This document shows positions 53,439 to 62,164 of a stretch of DNA of 64,000 nucleotides, piece after piece. Numbering within the stretch: position 1 is the first letter of the stretch; each line of letters starts with the position of its first letter. The notes beneath the pieces were generated by a model that saw nothing but the letters and a program-made list of their open reading frames with translations, did not search any database and was not told the origin of the DNA. Position numbers and translations under genes: made by a program. Location of the stretch: positions 250,232 through 314,231 of the forward strand of contig CBFGTS010000003.1 in NCBI GenBank assembly GCA_965652295.1. Reading direction: 5' to 3'. Origin of the DNA: an uncultured Haloferula sp. (lineage in GTDB: Bacteria > Verrucomicrobiota > Verrucomicrobiia > Verrucomicrobiales > Akkermansiaceae).

Positions 53439-55193
53439 GTGGTTGTAAAGGAATCCTCCCCCAAGGCCCCCGCTGAGGGGCGCACCGGCCCGGCTTGGCT
53501 GGCGGTGGCGGGGATCATGCTGGTTTCGACGCTTCTTCTCCTGCCCGGCCTTCACCATCCGCTGCTCTTCGACGATCTGGGCACGCTGAATTTCGTCCGA
53601 GGCTTCGACCACTGGACCCGGATCTGGGGCCCGGATTCGTTCGGCTTCTTCCGTCCGATCAAGAACCTCTGGTTTTACATTCTGGAGCGGACGGCTGGCG
53701 AAAACCCGCTGCCCTACCACCTCGGTTCGCTGGCCTGCTTTCATCTGGCCACGCTCGGAGTCTTCCTGCTCGTGCGGCAACTGACCGCTCATGGCTGGAG
53801 CGCGGTGGCCGCCGCCGCGCTCTGGGCCTTGTCCGCCACCAACGTGACCATCGCCCACTGGGCCAGCGCGTTCAACATTCCCCTCGCGATCGCCGCGATG
53901 ACCGCCGGACTGGCCCTCTGGGATCGCTGGCGGGAGGATCCTTCATCGAAACGCTCCGCCCTCGGCTGCTTCGTACTCCTCGGTCTCGCCTTCCTGTCCT
54001 ATGAGTCCGCGCTGGCCGCCGCACCGCTCGCGGTCTTGATCGATCTCTACCGCGGCCGCCCCCTGTTCCGCCGCGCGGCGATCACGCGCTACGCTGGCCT
54101 CGCCGCCTTGGCCTTGGCCTATGTGATCATCCGCCAGCTTGCCGGAGGAAAGCTTTCGAGCAGCCTCGACGCCGGGTTCACCAGCGAGATCGAACGCTGG
54201 CAGGTGACCGCGTCCGCTCCCTGGCTCCTGTGGACCCATTTCACCATGTGGCTGGCCCCGTGGGGACGGCTCGAAATCTTGGGGAGCTACCTTTGGGACC
54301 GGTCCGTCCCCGCCCTGATCCTGCCGGTTTTCTGGGCCGTGTTGGTCGCCGTGGTTCTGCTATGCTGGCGGTTCTGGCGGGAGGGAAACCTGATCACTCT
54401 CGGCGTGGCTTGGTTCCTGGCCGCCTCGATCCCGTCGGGGAATTTCATCCCCCTGATGAACACACCGGTCACCGATTACTATGTGCCGCTGCCCTCGGTC
54501 GGCCTGGTCCTGGCGATCGTAGGCGTCGGCCGCTGGCTGCTGGAACGCTCCCGCTCGGCCTCGCTGCGGCTCCGTGCCGTCGCGTTGACCTGCCTCGTGG
54601 CGATCGTGGGCGCACGTCTCGGCAATTTGACGGCATTCCACGGCTGGGTTTCCGCGTGGGGCAATCCGACCGAGCTGATGCTCCGGAGCGCATCCGCGAG
54701 ACCTCATCAGTATTTCGCAAAGACCACCGCCGCGCAGCATATGCTCGAATCCGGCGACATCCCCCGCGCCGCGCAGTTCGCCGACAGTACGCTTCAGGAC
54801 ACTCCCGATCTCGCCCTCACCCACATGCTGCTCGGCGAGGTCGCGCTTCAGCAGGGCCGCGATGACGGGGCGTTCGCACACTTTTCCGAAGGTCTCGTCC
54901 GTCGCCATATCTCTCCCGGCACCAAGACGATCTGTCATCATCGCCTGGCCCAGATCCTCTCCAGGAAGTCCGGCGAGTTCGAACAGGCCAGGAGCCACTT
55001 CATTCAAGCGCTACGCGACCGCAGCTATCCGGATCACGTGGCCGCCGTGCTGGGACTGGCGGACCTGCATTCCGAGGCGGGCCAGCGGACCGAGGCCATC
55101 GAGGTGCTGAAACACGGGCTCGACTACCATCCGGACGACCCTCGGATCCTCGCCGCCATCCGGAAGATCGAATCGGAACGGAAGCCGTCATGA
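53439..55193 (+). CDS. GT-C fold (TMTC-like) glycosyltransferase with TPRs, tandem paralog
   Basis: LLFDD, FRPI, SYE; shares WTHFTMWLAPWG and ASIPSGNFIPLMNTP with the upstream gene. Confidence 0.7.
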   Translation: MVVKESSPKAPAEGRTGPAWLAVAGIMLVSTLLLLPGLHHPLLFDDLGTLNFVRGFDHWTRIWGPDSFGFFRPIKNLWFYILERTAGENPLPYHLGSLACFHLATLGVFLLVRQLTAHGWSAVAAAALWALSATNVTIAHWASAFNIPLAIAAMTAGLALWDRWREDPSSKRSALGCFVLLGLAFLSYESALAAAPLAVLIDLYRGRPLFRRAAITRYAGLAALALAYVIIRQLAGGKLSSSLDAGFTSEIERWQVTASAPWLLWTHFTMWLAPWGRLEILGSYLWDRSVPALILPVFWAVLVAVVLLCWRFWREGNLITLGVAWFLAASIPSGNFIPLMNTPVTDYYVPLPSVGLVLAIVGVGRWLLERSRSASLRLRAVALTCLVAIVGARLGNLTAFHGWVSAWGNPTELMLRSASARPHQYFAKTTAAQHMLESGDIPRAAQFADSTLQDTPDLALTHMLLGEVALQQGRDDGAFAHFSEGLVRRHISPGTKTICHHRLAQILSRKSGEFEQARSHFIQALRDRSYPDHVAAVLGLADLHSEAGQRTEAIEVLKHGLDYHPDDPRILAAIRKIESERKPS

Positions 55194-56650
55194 GTTCCGG
55201 ATCCAACCCCACCACTCCGCCTGAAAACCCGGGCGTCCCGCTCTGCGTCGATCTGGACGGCACTTTCATCCGCTCCGATCTGCTCTACGAAGGGCTCCTG
55301 CGCCTCGCCCGCCATCGGCCGCAGGAGCTGTGGCGGGTCCCCTTCTGGCTGGGCCGCGGCAAGGCATGCCTCAAGTCGAAGCTGGCCGCCGCCCTACCCC
55401 CCCCGCTCACTCCCCCTCCGGTCAACCGCGAGGTCGAAGCCTGGCTGCTGGAGGAAAAGGAAGCGGGCCGCGCGATCTATCTGGTGACCGCCTCCCACGA
55501 GACCGCCGTTTCCAACCTCCGCGACCTGTTCCCTTTCGACGGCATCATCGCCACCACCGACCACCTCAACCTCAAAGGCCGCGACAAGGCCCGTCTGCTC
55601 GTCGAGCGATTCGGCGAGAAAGGCTTCGATTACGCGGGCGATTCCTCCTCCGACCACCACGTCTGGGAGCACGCCCGCAAGGCGATCCCCGTGTTCCACT
55701 CGCGTGCGGCGCTGGACGCGATGTCGCGACGCTACGATGTCGACCGTACTTTCTGCACCAACGCCACCTCTTGGCCGGACTGGGCGAAGGCGCTGCGGGT
55801 CCACCAGTGGGCAAAAAACCTGCTGATCGCCATGCCGGTCCTCGCCGGGCACCACTTCCACAGCCCGTGGCAGCTCTGTGGCCTGCTCGCCGCCATCCTC
55901 GCGATGAGCTTCTGCGCCTCAGGCACCTACCTCTGGAACGACCTGCTCGACCTCGAATACGACCGCGCGCACCCGCGAAAGTGCCAGCGCCTCGCCGCCT
56001 CCGGCCGGACTTCCCTGGTCAAGATCCTGCTCGTCGCCTGCGGGCTGGTCGCCGCCGGCCTGGTCGGCGGCTTCGCTCTCGCACCCGCTTTCGGGCTTCT
56101 GCTCTGCGGCTACATCGTCGCCACCCTTTCCTACTCCCTGTTCTTCAAGCGCGTCGCACTGGCCGATATCTTCGTTCTCGCGTTCCTCTACCTCGCCCGC
56201 GTCATCGCCGGCATCCTGATTTCCGAGGCGATGGTGTCTTTCTGGCTCTTCGCTTTCACCTTCCTGCTTTTCCTTTCCCTGGCCGCGGCCAAGCGCTTCG
56301 TCGAACTGCAGAGCAGCATCGACCGGGGCGGGGACATCATCCACGGGCGCGGCTACATCGCGGACGACCTCCCGACCGTTTCCACCCTCGGCATCGCCAG
56401 CGGCATCGCCTCCTGCGTGGTGCTCGGACTTTACTCGAACAGCAGCCAGGTGACCTCCCTCTACGTCCATCCGCAATGGTTCTGGGGAATCTGCGTCGTG
56501 GCTCTCTACTGGATCTCCCGTATTTGGATGCTGACCCACCGCGGCCTGATGCACGATGACCCGATCGTCTTCGCCCTCAAGGACCGGGGCACCTGGATGC
56601 TCGCCCTCGCCGGCCTGGGGTGTACCCTTCTCGCCACCCCCGTGTCATGA
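55190..56650 (+). CDS. HAD-like plus UbiA-family polyprenyl-phosphate phosphoribosyltransferase
   Basis: N-terminal VDLDGT, TAS, YAGDSSSD; C-terminal RVHQWAKNLL, YLWNDLLDLEYDRAHPRK, KRFVEL, DDPIVFALKD. Confidence 0.9.
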   Translation: MSSGSNPTTPPENPGVPLCVDLDGTFIRSDLLYEGLLRLARHRPQELWRVPFWLGRGKACLKSKLAAALPPPLTPPPVNREVEAWLLEEKEAGRAIYLVTASHETAVSNLRDLFPFDGIIATTDHLNLKGRDKARLLVERFGEKGFDYAGDSSSDHHVWEHARKAIPVFHSRAALDAMSRRYDVDRTFCTNATSWPDWAKALRVHQWAKNLLIAMPVLAGHHFHSPWQLCGLLAAILAMSFCASGTYLWNDLLDLEYDRAHPRKCQRLAASGRTSLVKILLVACGLVAAGLVGGFALAPAFGLLLCGYIVATLSYSLFFKRVALADIFVLAFLYLARVIAGILISEAMVSFWLFAFTFLLFLSLAAAKRFVELQSSIDRGGDIIHGRGYIADDLPTVSTLGIASGIASCVVLGLYSNSSQVTSLYVHPQWFWGICVVALYWISRIWMLTHRGLMHDDPIVFALKDRGTWMLALAGLGCTLLATPVS

Positions 56651-57936
56651 AGAAGTCGATGCATTCCTGGGGACGGCTCGGCGCGGTGACCGCCGACGTC
56701 GAACGCCCCGCGTGGCGCGACCAGCTCACGCTTTCCCCCGCGCCCTGCCTGCCCTACGGCCTCGGCCGGTCGTATGGCGACAGCTGCCTGCTTGATGGCG
56801 GTCGCATGATCGAGACCCGCGGCCTCGACCGCATCCTCGACTTCTGCCCGGAGACCGGCCGGATGCGCGCGGAGTGCGGCATTTCCCTCGATGAAATCCT
56901 CCGTTTCAGCGTCCCGCGGGGCTGGTTTCTGCCCACCACCCCGGGCACCCGTGAGGTGACGCTCGGCGGGGCGATCGCCAATGACGTCCATGGCAAAAAC
57001 CACCATCGCGCCGGCTGTTTCGGCTGCCACACGCCGGTGATGGAAATCCTCCGCTCCGATGGGTCACTGACGACCGTCCACGAGGGCGAGCCACTCCATT
57101 CCGCGACCGTGGGTGGGCTCGGTCTCACCGGCATCATCACCTGGGCGGACATCGAACTCGTGCCGATCCACTCCGCGTTCCTCGATGTCGAGCACCTCCG
57201 GTTCAGTGGACTTGAGGAATTCATCCAGCTTTCCCGCGACTCGGCCGACGCCTGGGAACACACGGTCGCGTGGATCGACTGCCTCGCCTCGGGCTCCAAG
57301 CTCGGCCGCGGGATTTTCATGAGGGGAAACTGGTCGCACGCCGGGAATCTGGAACCACACCGGCCGTCACGCGCCGCCGTGCCCGTGACACTGCCGGATT
57401 TCGCGCTCAACCGTCACTCGATCGGGGCCTTCAACTCCCTGTATTTCCATCGCAGTCCATCGCCACCGCGAAAATTCCGGCAGCACTACTCGCCCTTCTT
57501 CCACCCGCTCGACTCGATCCGGGACTGGAGCCGGATCTATGGCAACCGCGGGTTCTATCAATATCAGTGCGTCACCCCGGCCGCCGCGGGTCTGGAACCG
57601 ATGCAGCGGATCCTCACGCTGATCGCCGCCTCCGGTCAGGGTTCGTTTCTCGCGGTGCTCAAGACCTTCGGCGATGCTCCCTCGCCCGGCATGCTGTCGT
57701 TTCCCATGCCGGGCATCACCCTCGCGCTCGACTTCGCGAACCAGGGAGCCGCCACTCTGGAGTTGTTTTCGAAACTCGATGAAGTCGTCCGCGAGGCACA
57801 GGGCCGGTGGTATCCCGCCAAGGATGCGCGGATGGCTCCGGAGGATTTCCTCCGCAGCTACCCGCGGCTCGATGCATTCCGCCATCACCTCGACCCGGCC
57901 CTGATGTCGGATTTCTGGAAACGTATGACCGCATGA
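56647..57936 (+). CDS. DprE1-like FAD-linked oxidase (prenylphosphoribose 2'-oxidase)
   Basis: GLGRSYGD, PGTREVTLGGAIANDVHGKNHH, GGLGLTG, VAWID, GFYQYQ, SFLAVLK, TLALDF, YPAKD. Confidence 0.9.
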   Translation: MKKSMHSWGRLGAVTADVERPAWRDQLTLSPAPCLPYGLGRSYGDSCLLDGGRMIETRGLDRILDFCPETGRMRAECGISLDEILRFSVPRGWFLPTTPGTREVTLGGAIANDVHGKNHHRAGCFGCHTPVMEILRSDGSLTTVHEGEPLHSATVGGLGLTGIITWADIELVPIHSAFLDVEHLRFSGLEEFIQLSRDSADAWEHTVAWIDCLASGSKLGRGIFMRGNWSHAGNLEPHRPSRAAVPVTLPDFALNRHSIGAFNSLYFHRSPSPPRKFRQHYSPFFHPLDSIRDWSRIYGNRGFYQYQCVTPAAAGLEPMQRILTLIAASGQGSFLAVLKTFGDAPSPGMLSFPMPGITLALDFANQGAATLELFSKLDEVVREAQGRWYPAKDARMAPEDFLRSYPRLDAFRHHLDPALMSDFWKRMTA

Positions 57937-58685
57937 GCAAGCCATCCTCCACCCCTCCCTACCGCGCCGTCATTTTCGGGGCCACCTCGGCGATCGCCCG
58001 CCACACCCTGCGCGCCATGATGGAGGAACGCACCTGCTCGTTCCTGCTCCTCGGGCGGAATGGAGTCCACCTTTCCGATCTGGCCGCGGATCTCAAGAGC
58101 CGGGGCGCGGAGGCCGAATGGATCACCACGGATCTCTGCGATCCGAACCAGAACTGGGAAGCAACTCTCGAAGGCGATCCATGGGATCTGTTCCTGATCG
58201 CCCACGGCTCGCTGCCGGATCAGGAAAACACGCTGAAGGATCCCCACGCGATCGGCCGGGAGATCGACGTCAATTTCATCAGCCCCGTGCGCATCGCCGC
58301 GGCCTGCACCCGCGTCCTTGAGCAGCAGAAGCACGGCACCCTCGCGGTATTCGGCTCGGTGGCGGGCGACCGCGGTAGGCAGTCCAACTACCTCTACGGC
58401 AGCACCAAGTCGGCGCTTGAGACCTTTGTCCAGGGCCTGCGGCATCGGCTCGCCCCCCTGCCGCGGGTCAAGATCGTCCTACTCAAACCGGGGATGACCG
58501 ATACGCCGATGACCGCCCATCTTCCCAAAGGACCTCTGTTTTCTCCAGCCGACAAGGTGGGTGCGCTGGCGTGGCGGGCCATCCGCGACGGTCGCCCCGT
58601 CGCCTACCTTCCAGGCTGGTGGCGCGGAGTGATGAGGATCATTCGGGCGGTTCCTTCCTTTATCTTCCACAAGACCCGCCTCTGA
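57933..58685 (+). CDS. DprE2-like short-chain dehydrogenase
   Basis: GATSAIA, SVAGDRGRQSNYLYGSTK, KPGMTDTPMT; overlaps the stop of the DprE1-like gene. Confidence 0.9.
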   Translation: MSKPSSTPPYRAVIFGATSAIARHTLRAMMEERTCSFLLLGRNGVHLSDLAADLKSRGAEAEWITTDLCDPNQNWEATLEGDPWDLFLIAHGSLPDQENTLKDPHAIGREIDVNFISPVRIAAACTRVLEQQKHGTLAVFGSVAGDRGRQSNYLYGSTKSALETFVQGLRHRLAPLPRVKIVLLKPGMTDTPMTAHLPKGPLFSPADKVGALAWRAIRDGRPVAYLPGWWRGVMRIIRAVPSFIFHKTRL

Positions 58686-58690
58686 GGTTC

Positions 58691-60526
58691 ATGAAGCACT
58701 CGTCCGATTCCTCCAGCGCTGTCTCTCCGTCCGCCCTTTCCGCGAAATACCCGCGGGCGCTCCCGGCCGTTCTCATTCTGCTGACTTCCCTGATCCTCAG
58801 CCTGACCTGCATTCCCGCGCCTTTCACGATCGATGAGGACAACTATCTCGTGACCGTCCTCGCGGCCCGGACCGGCGATGTCACGCTCACTCAAACCGAG
58901 GGGCTCCCTCCGTCGAAGGAGCTGCGATATTTCTGTCCCTCGGCGCACTCGGTCGAAGTGGATTCCACCCCGGTCGTTTCGCTCGTTCCTCCCCTGTATG
59001 CATTTCTCGCGCTCCCGTTTTCGATCGGTGGCTGGCTGGGACTCGTCTTCCTGAACACTCTCGCTTTCTCGCTGCTGCTCTACTTTTTCCAGCGCCACGC
59101 CGCAACGGTCAGCGACTCGCCGGCCGCCGTCTGGATCGGCGTGGTCGCACTCGCCCTCGGCGCTCCCCTGTTCGAGTACGCCCAAGGTCTGTGGCCACAG
59201 ATGCTGTCGATCTTCCTCGTTTTCGCCGGCTACCTGCTGGTGGCGAAGACCTTGGACCAGACGGGAAAGCGCGCTTGGGCGATGAGTCTCTCCGCCGGCT
59301 TCATCGTCGCCACCGCCACCGGGCTCCGATATCAAAACGTCGTGTTCATCGCCGCTCTCGGAGCGTGCATGTTCCTGTTCTCCTCCCGGGATCGTTGGCG
59401 CAAAAGCCTCGCCCTCGGACTCGGCGCGGCCATCCCCCTGACACTCAGCAGCGTCATCAACCACATCCGCCTCGACTCCTGGAACCCGATCAGCAAAAGC
59501 GCCAACTACATTCCATCGGTCCTCCCGACCAAAACAGCGTCCGCCGATTTCATCCAAACCCGCCTGATCGACACGCTCGCGATGCTCTGGTCCCGCGTGA
59601 TCGATTTCCGCGCCCGTCCGCACACCAGGGTCATCGACGCTCATTCGTACATCCAGCACGATCCCGACACCGGTGCCTACATCATCAACAGCAGTGTCAA
59701 AAAGGCGCTTCTCCAGTCCTCTCCCTGGCTCGCTCTCTGTCTCGTTTTCCTACTGCTCGCGTGGTGGGGAAAAGGACTTGAGGCCAAGGCAAGGCGAGAG
59801 CTGAAGATGATCTCCCTGTGCGTCGGCACCTTGATTCTTGCCATCGCATGGGCAGGCCCCAACCGCACCGACGGGCTTTGTTTCAACCAGCGCTATCTCC
59901 TGGAGGTTTTCCCCTTCTTCGCGCTCGCGCTCGTGTTCTTTCTCGATCGCCACCGCTTGCCTTGGCGGCAGGTGCTTGCTGGCGGCGTGGTGGTCTGCCT
60001 GCCGATGCTGGCGTGGTTTCCCGAGGCTTCACGCCACGCCACCTTCTTCATGGCCACACCTCTCGTTCTGGCCGGGCTCACCCTGGCCGCTTGGCCTGCC
60101 GTGCGGTTGAAAGCCCGGGTCCAACCGCTGGCGATTCTTCTGGGTGCATGCATCGGCTGGGGGTTCTCCGCCCACATGGTCGATGATGTCGCCAACTCGC
60201 GTTTCCTCCGCGAATACCATCTCGCCATCGCCGACACGCTGGACCCCGTGATCCCGGACCATTCCGCGCTCTTCGCATGGCAGGGAAACAAGGTCCCGCT
60301 GGGCAAGCTCCAGCTCGACCGCGACGTGGTGATCGTCGACCCCATCGCCGACAACGCCGTGGATTCCCACATGCTTGCACAAGCCCTCCGGAAGCAAGGT
60401 CGGCGGAATTTCATCCTGCTCCTCTCCATGCCCGACGAAGTCGTCGCCTACATCGTTCGAGACCGACCCACCCGCATCATCCTCGAAGATGCCGAAAACA
60501 AGCCGTTCCTGATCGAGATTCTCTGA
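58691..60526 (+). CDS. Polytopic membrane protein, probable GT-C glycosyltransferase
   Basis: First-loop IDE motif, PPLY, about 12 TMs, QRYLL; operon position after the DprE2-like gene. Confidence 0.65.
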   Translation: MKHSSDSSSAVSPSALSAKYPRALPAVLILLTSLILSLTCIPAPFTIDEDNYLVTVLAARTGDVTLTQTEGLPPSKELRYFCPSAHSVEVDSTPVVSLVPPLYAFLALPFSIGGWLGLVFLNTLAFSLLLYFFQRHAATVSDSPAAVWIGVVALALGAPLFEYAQGLWPQMLSIFLVFAGYLLVAKTLDQTGKRAWAMSLSAGFIVATATGLRYQNVVFIAALGACMFLFSSRDRWRKSLALGLGAAIPLTLSSVINHIRLDSWNPISKSANYIPSVLPTKTASADFIQTRLIDTLAMLWSRVIDFRARPHTRVIDAHSYIQHDPDTGAYIINSSVKKALLQSSPWLALCLVFLLLAWWGKGLEAKARRELKMISLCVGTLILAIAWAGPNRTDGLCFNQRYLLEVFPFFALALVFFLDRHRLPWRQVLAGGVVVCLPMLAWFPEASRHATFFMATPLVLAGLTLAAWPAVRLKARVQPLAILLGACIGWGFSAHMVDDVANSRFLREYHLAIADTLDPVIPDHSALFAWQGNKVPLGKLQLDRDVVIVDPIADNAVDSHMLAQALRKQGRRNFILLLSMPDEVVAYIVRDRPTRIILEDAENKPFLIEIL

Positions 60527-60629
60527 TCGGCCGCTCTTTCATCGGAGAGGTCGGCAAGGCCGCCCGGCTGACACAACTTCAGCAAAGGCCTGTTGCAGTG
60601 TGGAATCGCCAAGAGCAGAATGCACGGTC

Positions 60630-61565
60630 ATGAAGATCAACATCTGGGTGGCGGCGGCGGTTCTCATCGTCGTGGTGGCGATCGAGGAAGCACGCCTCGG
60701 CGGGCTGCGCGATAAACTCGCCAACGAGGTCCCGCAGAACCACGCCACCGTCGCCGCCGATCCGGAAGTCGATGAGGAGATCGCTGGCGGCGGAGTCGAC
60801 TCTGGATTGCAGCCGCCGAAGCGCGAGCGGCCTGAACAAACAACGGCAGATCCCGAGCCCGCGGAAGCCACCGACGACATGGGCGCGCGCCTCCGGAAAA
60901 TGTCGGAGAATCCCGTCAGCCGCTCCATGATGGCCCAAGGGGTCAAGGCGATGGCAGGCCTCTGGTATGCCGATCTCGCCGAGCAATTCGGCCTGACCCA
61001 GGAACAGACGGACTATTTCGTCGATCTGAAAGCGAACATGCTCGCCGACCAGCAGCAGCTCGCGATGAAGCTGATGGGAGCCGTGGACGAAGAGGAACGG
61101 AAATCGATCCTGGCGGAGATGGAGGCCCAGAAGAAGGAGAACGAAGAAGCCATCAAAACCTTTCTGAACCACGACGAGGACTTCGCCGCCTATCAGGAAT
61201 ACGAGAAGCGCCTGCCCGAGCACCAGCAGCTCGATGGCCTGCGCGGCGCGATGAACGGTGCGGGTTTCCCCCTCCAACCGGAGCAGGAGCAGGCGCTGGT
61301 GGATGCCATGTACGACGCCCGCACCAGCTACAAGGGAACCGATTGGAACGGTGCCGAAGGCATGGAGGCGCTGGCCGACGCCAACCTGAAGGAGCGGTTC
61401 GAAAAAGACTGGGACGGGCAATCCAAGCTCATCGACGCCCGGGTGGACGAGATTCTCGACGAAGATCAGCTGGAAGCTTTCCGCACCTATCGCGAGCAGA
61501 TGAAGGAAATGCAGCTGATGGGCCTGGAAATGGCCGGCAAGATGTTCCAGCAGCAGAAAAAGTGA
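60630..61565 (+). CDS. Hypothetical membrane-anchored helical protein
   Basis: N-terminal hydrophobic anchor, acidic helical body, ILDEDQLEAF tail; host-like codon usage. Confidence 0.7.
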   Translation: MKINIWVAAAVLIVVVAIEEARLGGLRDKLANEVPQNHATVAADPEVDEEIAGGGVDSGLQPPKRERPEQTTADPEPAEATDDMGARLRKMSENPVSRSMMAQGVKAMAGLWYADLAEQFGLTQEQTDYFVDLKANMLADQQQLAMKLMGAVDEEERKSILAEMEAQKKENEEAIKTFLNHDEDFAAYQEYEKRLPEHQQLDGLRGAMNGAGFPLQPEQEQALVDAMYDARTSYKGTDWNGAEGMEALADANLKERFEKDWDGQSKLIDARVDEILDEDQLEAFRTYREQMKEMQLMGLEMAGKMFQQQKK

Positions 61566-61625
61566 TCGGCATTTTCCGCCGAAGGATTCTTGTCGGGCCG
61601 GAGATCCGGGCGAGGTTCCGGTGAC

Positions 61626-62072
61626 ATGTCCGGCGATCTCGATCTCGTTGACCTATCCGCGCTTTGGCACTTGGCCGTCGCCTTCATCCTCTCGCTTCCG
61701 ACCGCTTGGAACCGGGAGCGGTCGAATCGCACGGCAGGCCTCCGCACCTTCCCGCTGGTGGCGATCACCTCCTGCGGTTTCATGCAGGTCGCCATTCCCG
61801 TGCTGGGGGAACACGGCGATCACGCGCGGGCGATGGCGGGGATCATGACCGGGCTCGGATTTCTCGGAGGCGGAGCCATTCTCAAGAATGACGAATATGC
61901 CATGGGGCTGGCCACCGCGGCGGCCATCTGGCTCACCGGTGCCCTCGGCATGGCGGTGGCCTACGACCGGTTCGACGTCGCCGTGGTCCTGTCGCTTGCG
62001 TCCTACCTGACGCTGTTTTTGGGCGCACGGCTGAAGAAGCACCTCGATCTCGCTGACCCACCTGACTCTTGA
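61626..62072 (+). CDS. MgtC/SapB family membrane protein
   Basis: RE..AGLRTF, GLGFLGGGAIL, GLATAAAIW. Confidence 0.92.
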   Translation: MSGDLDLVDLSALWHLAVAFILSLPTAWNRERSNRTAGLRTFPLVAITSCGFMQVAIPVLGEHGDHARAMAGIMTGLGFLGGGAILKNDEYAMGLATAAAIWLTGALGMAVAYDRFDVAVVLSLASYLTLFLGARLKKHLDLADPPDS

Positions 62073-62164
62073 TTCGAAGAGCTCCAGCAACGGCGCAACC
62101 TCCACGCCTTCCGTCGTCGGTCGCAGCTTGATCCCTTGCATCAGAGCGTCCACGATGCCGCCGC

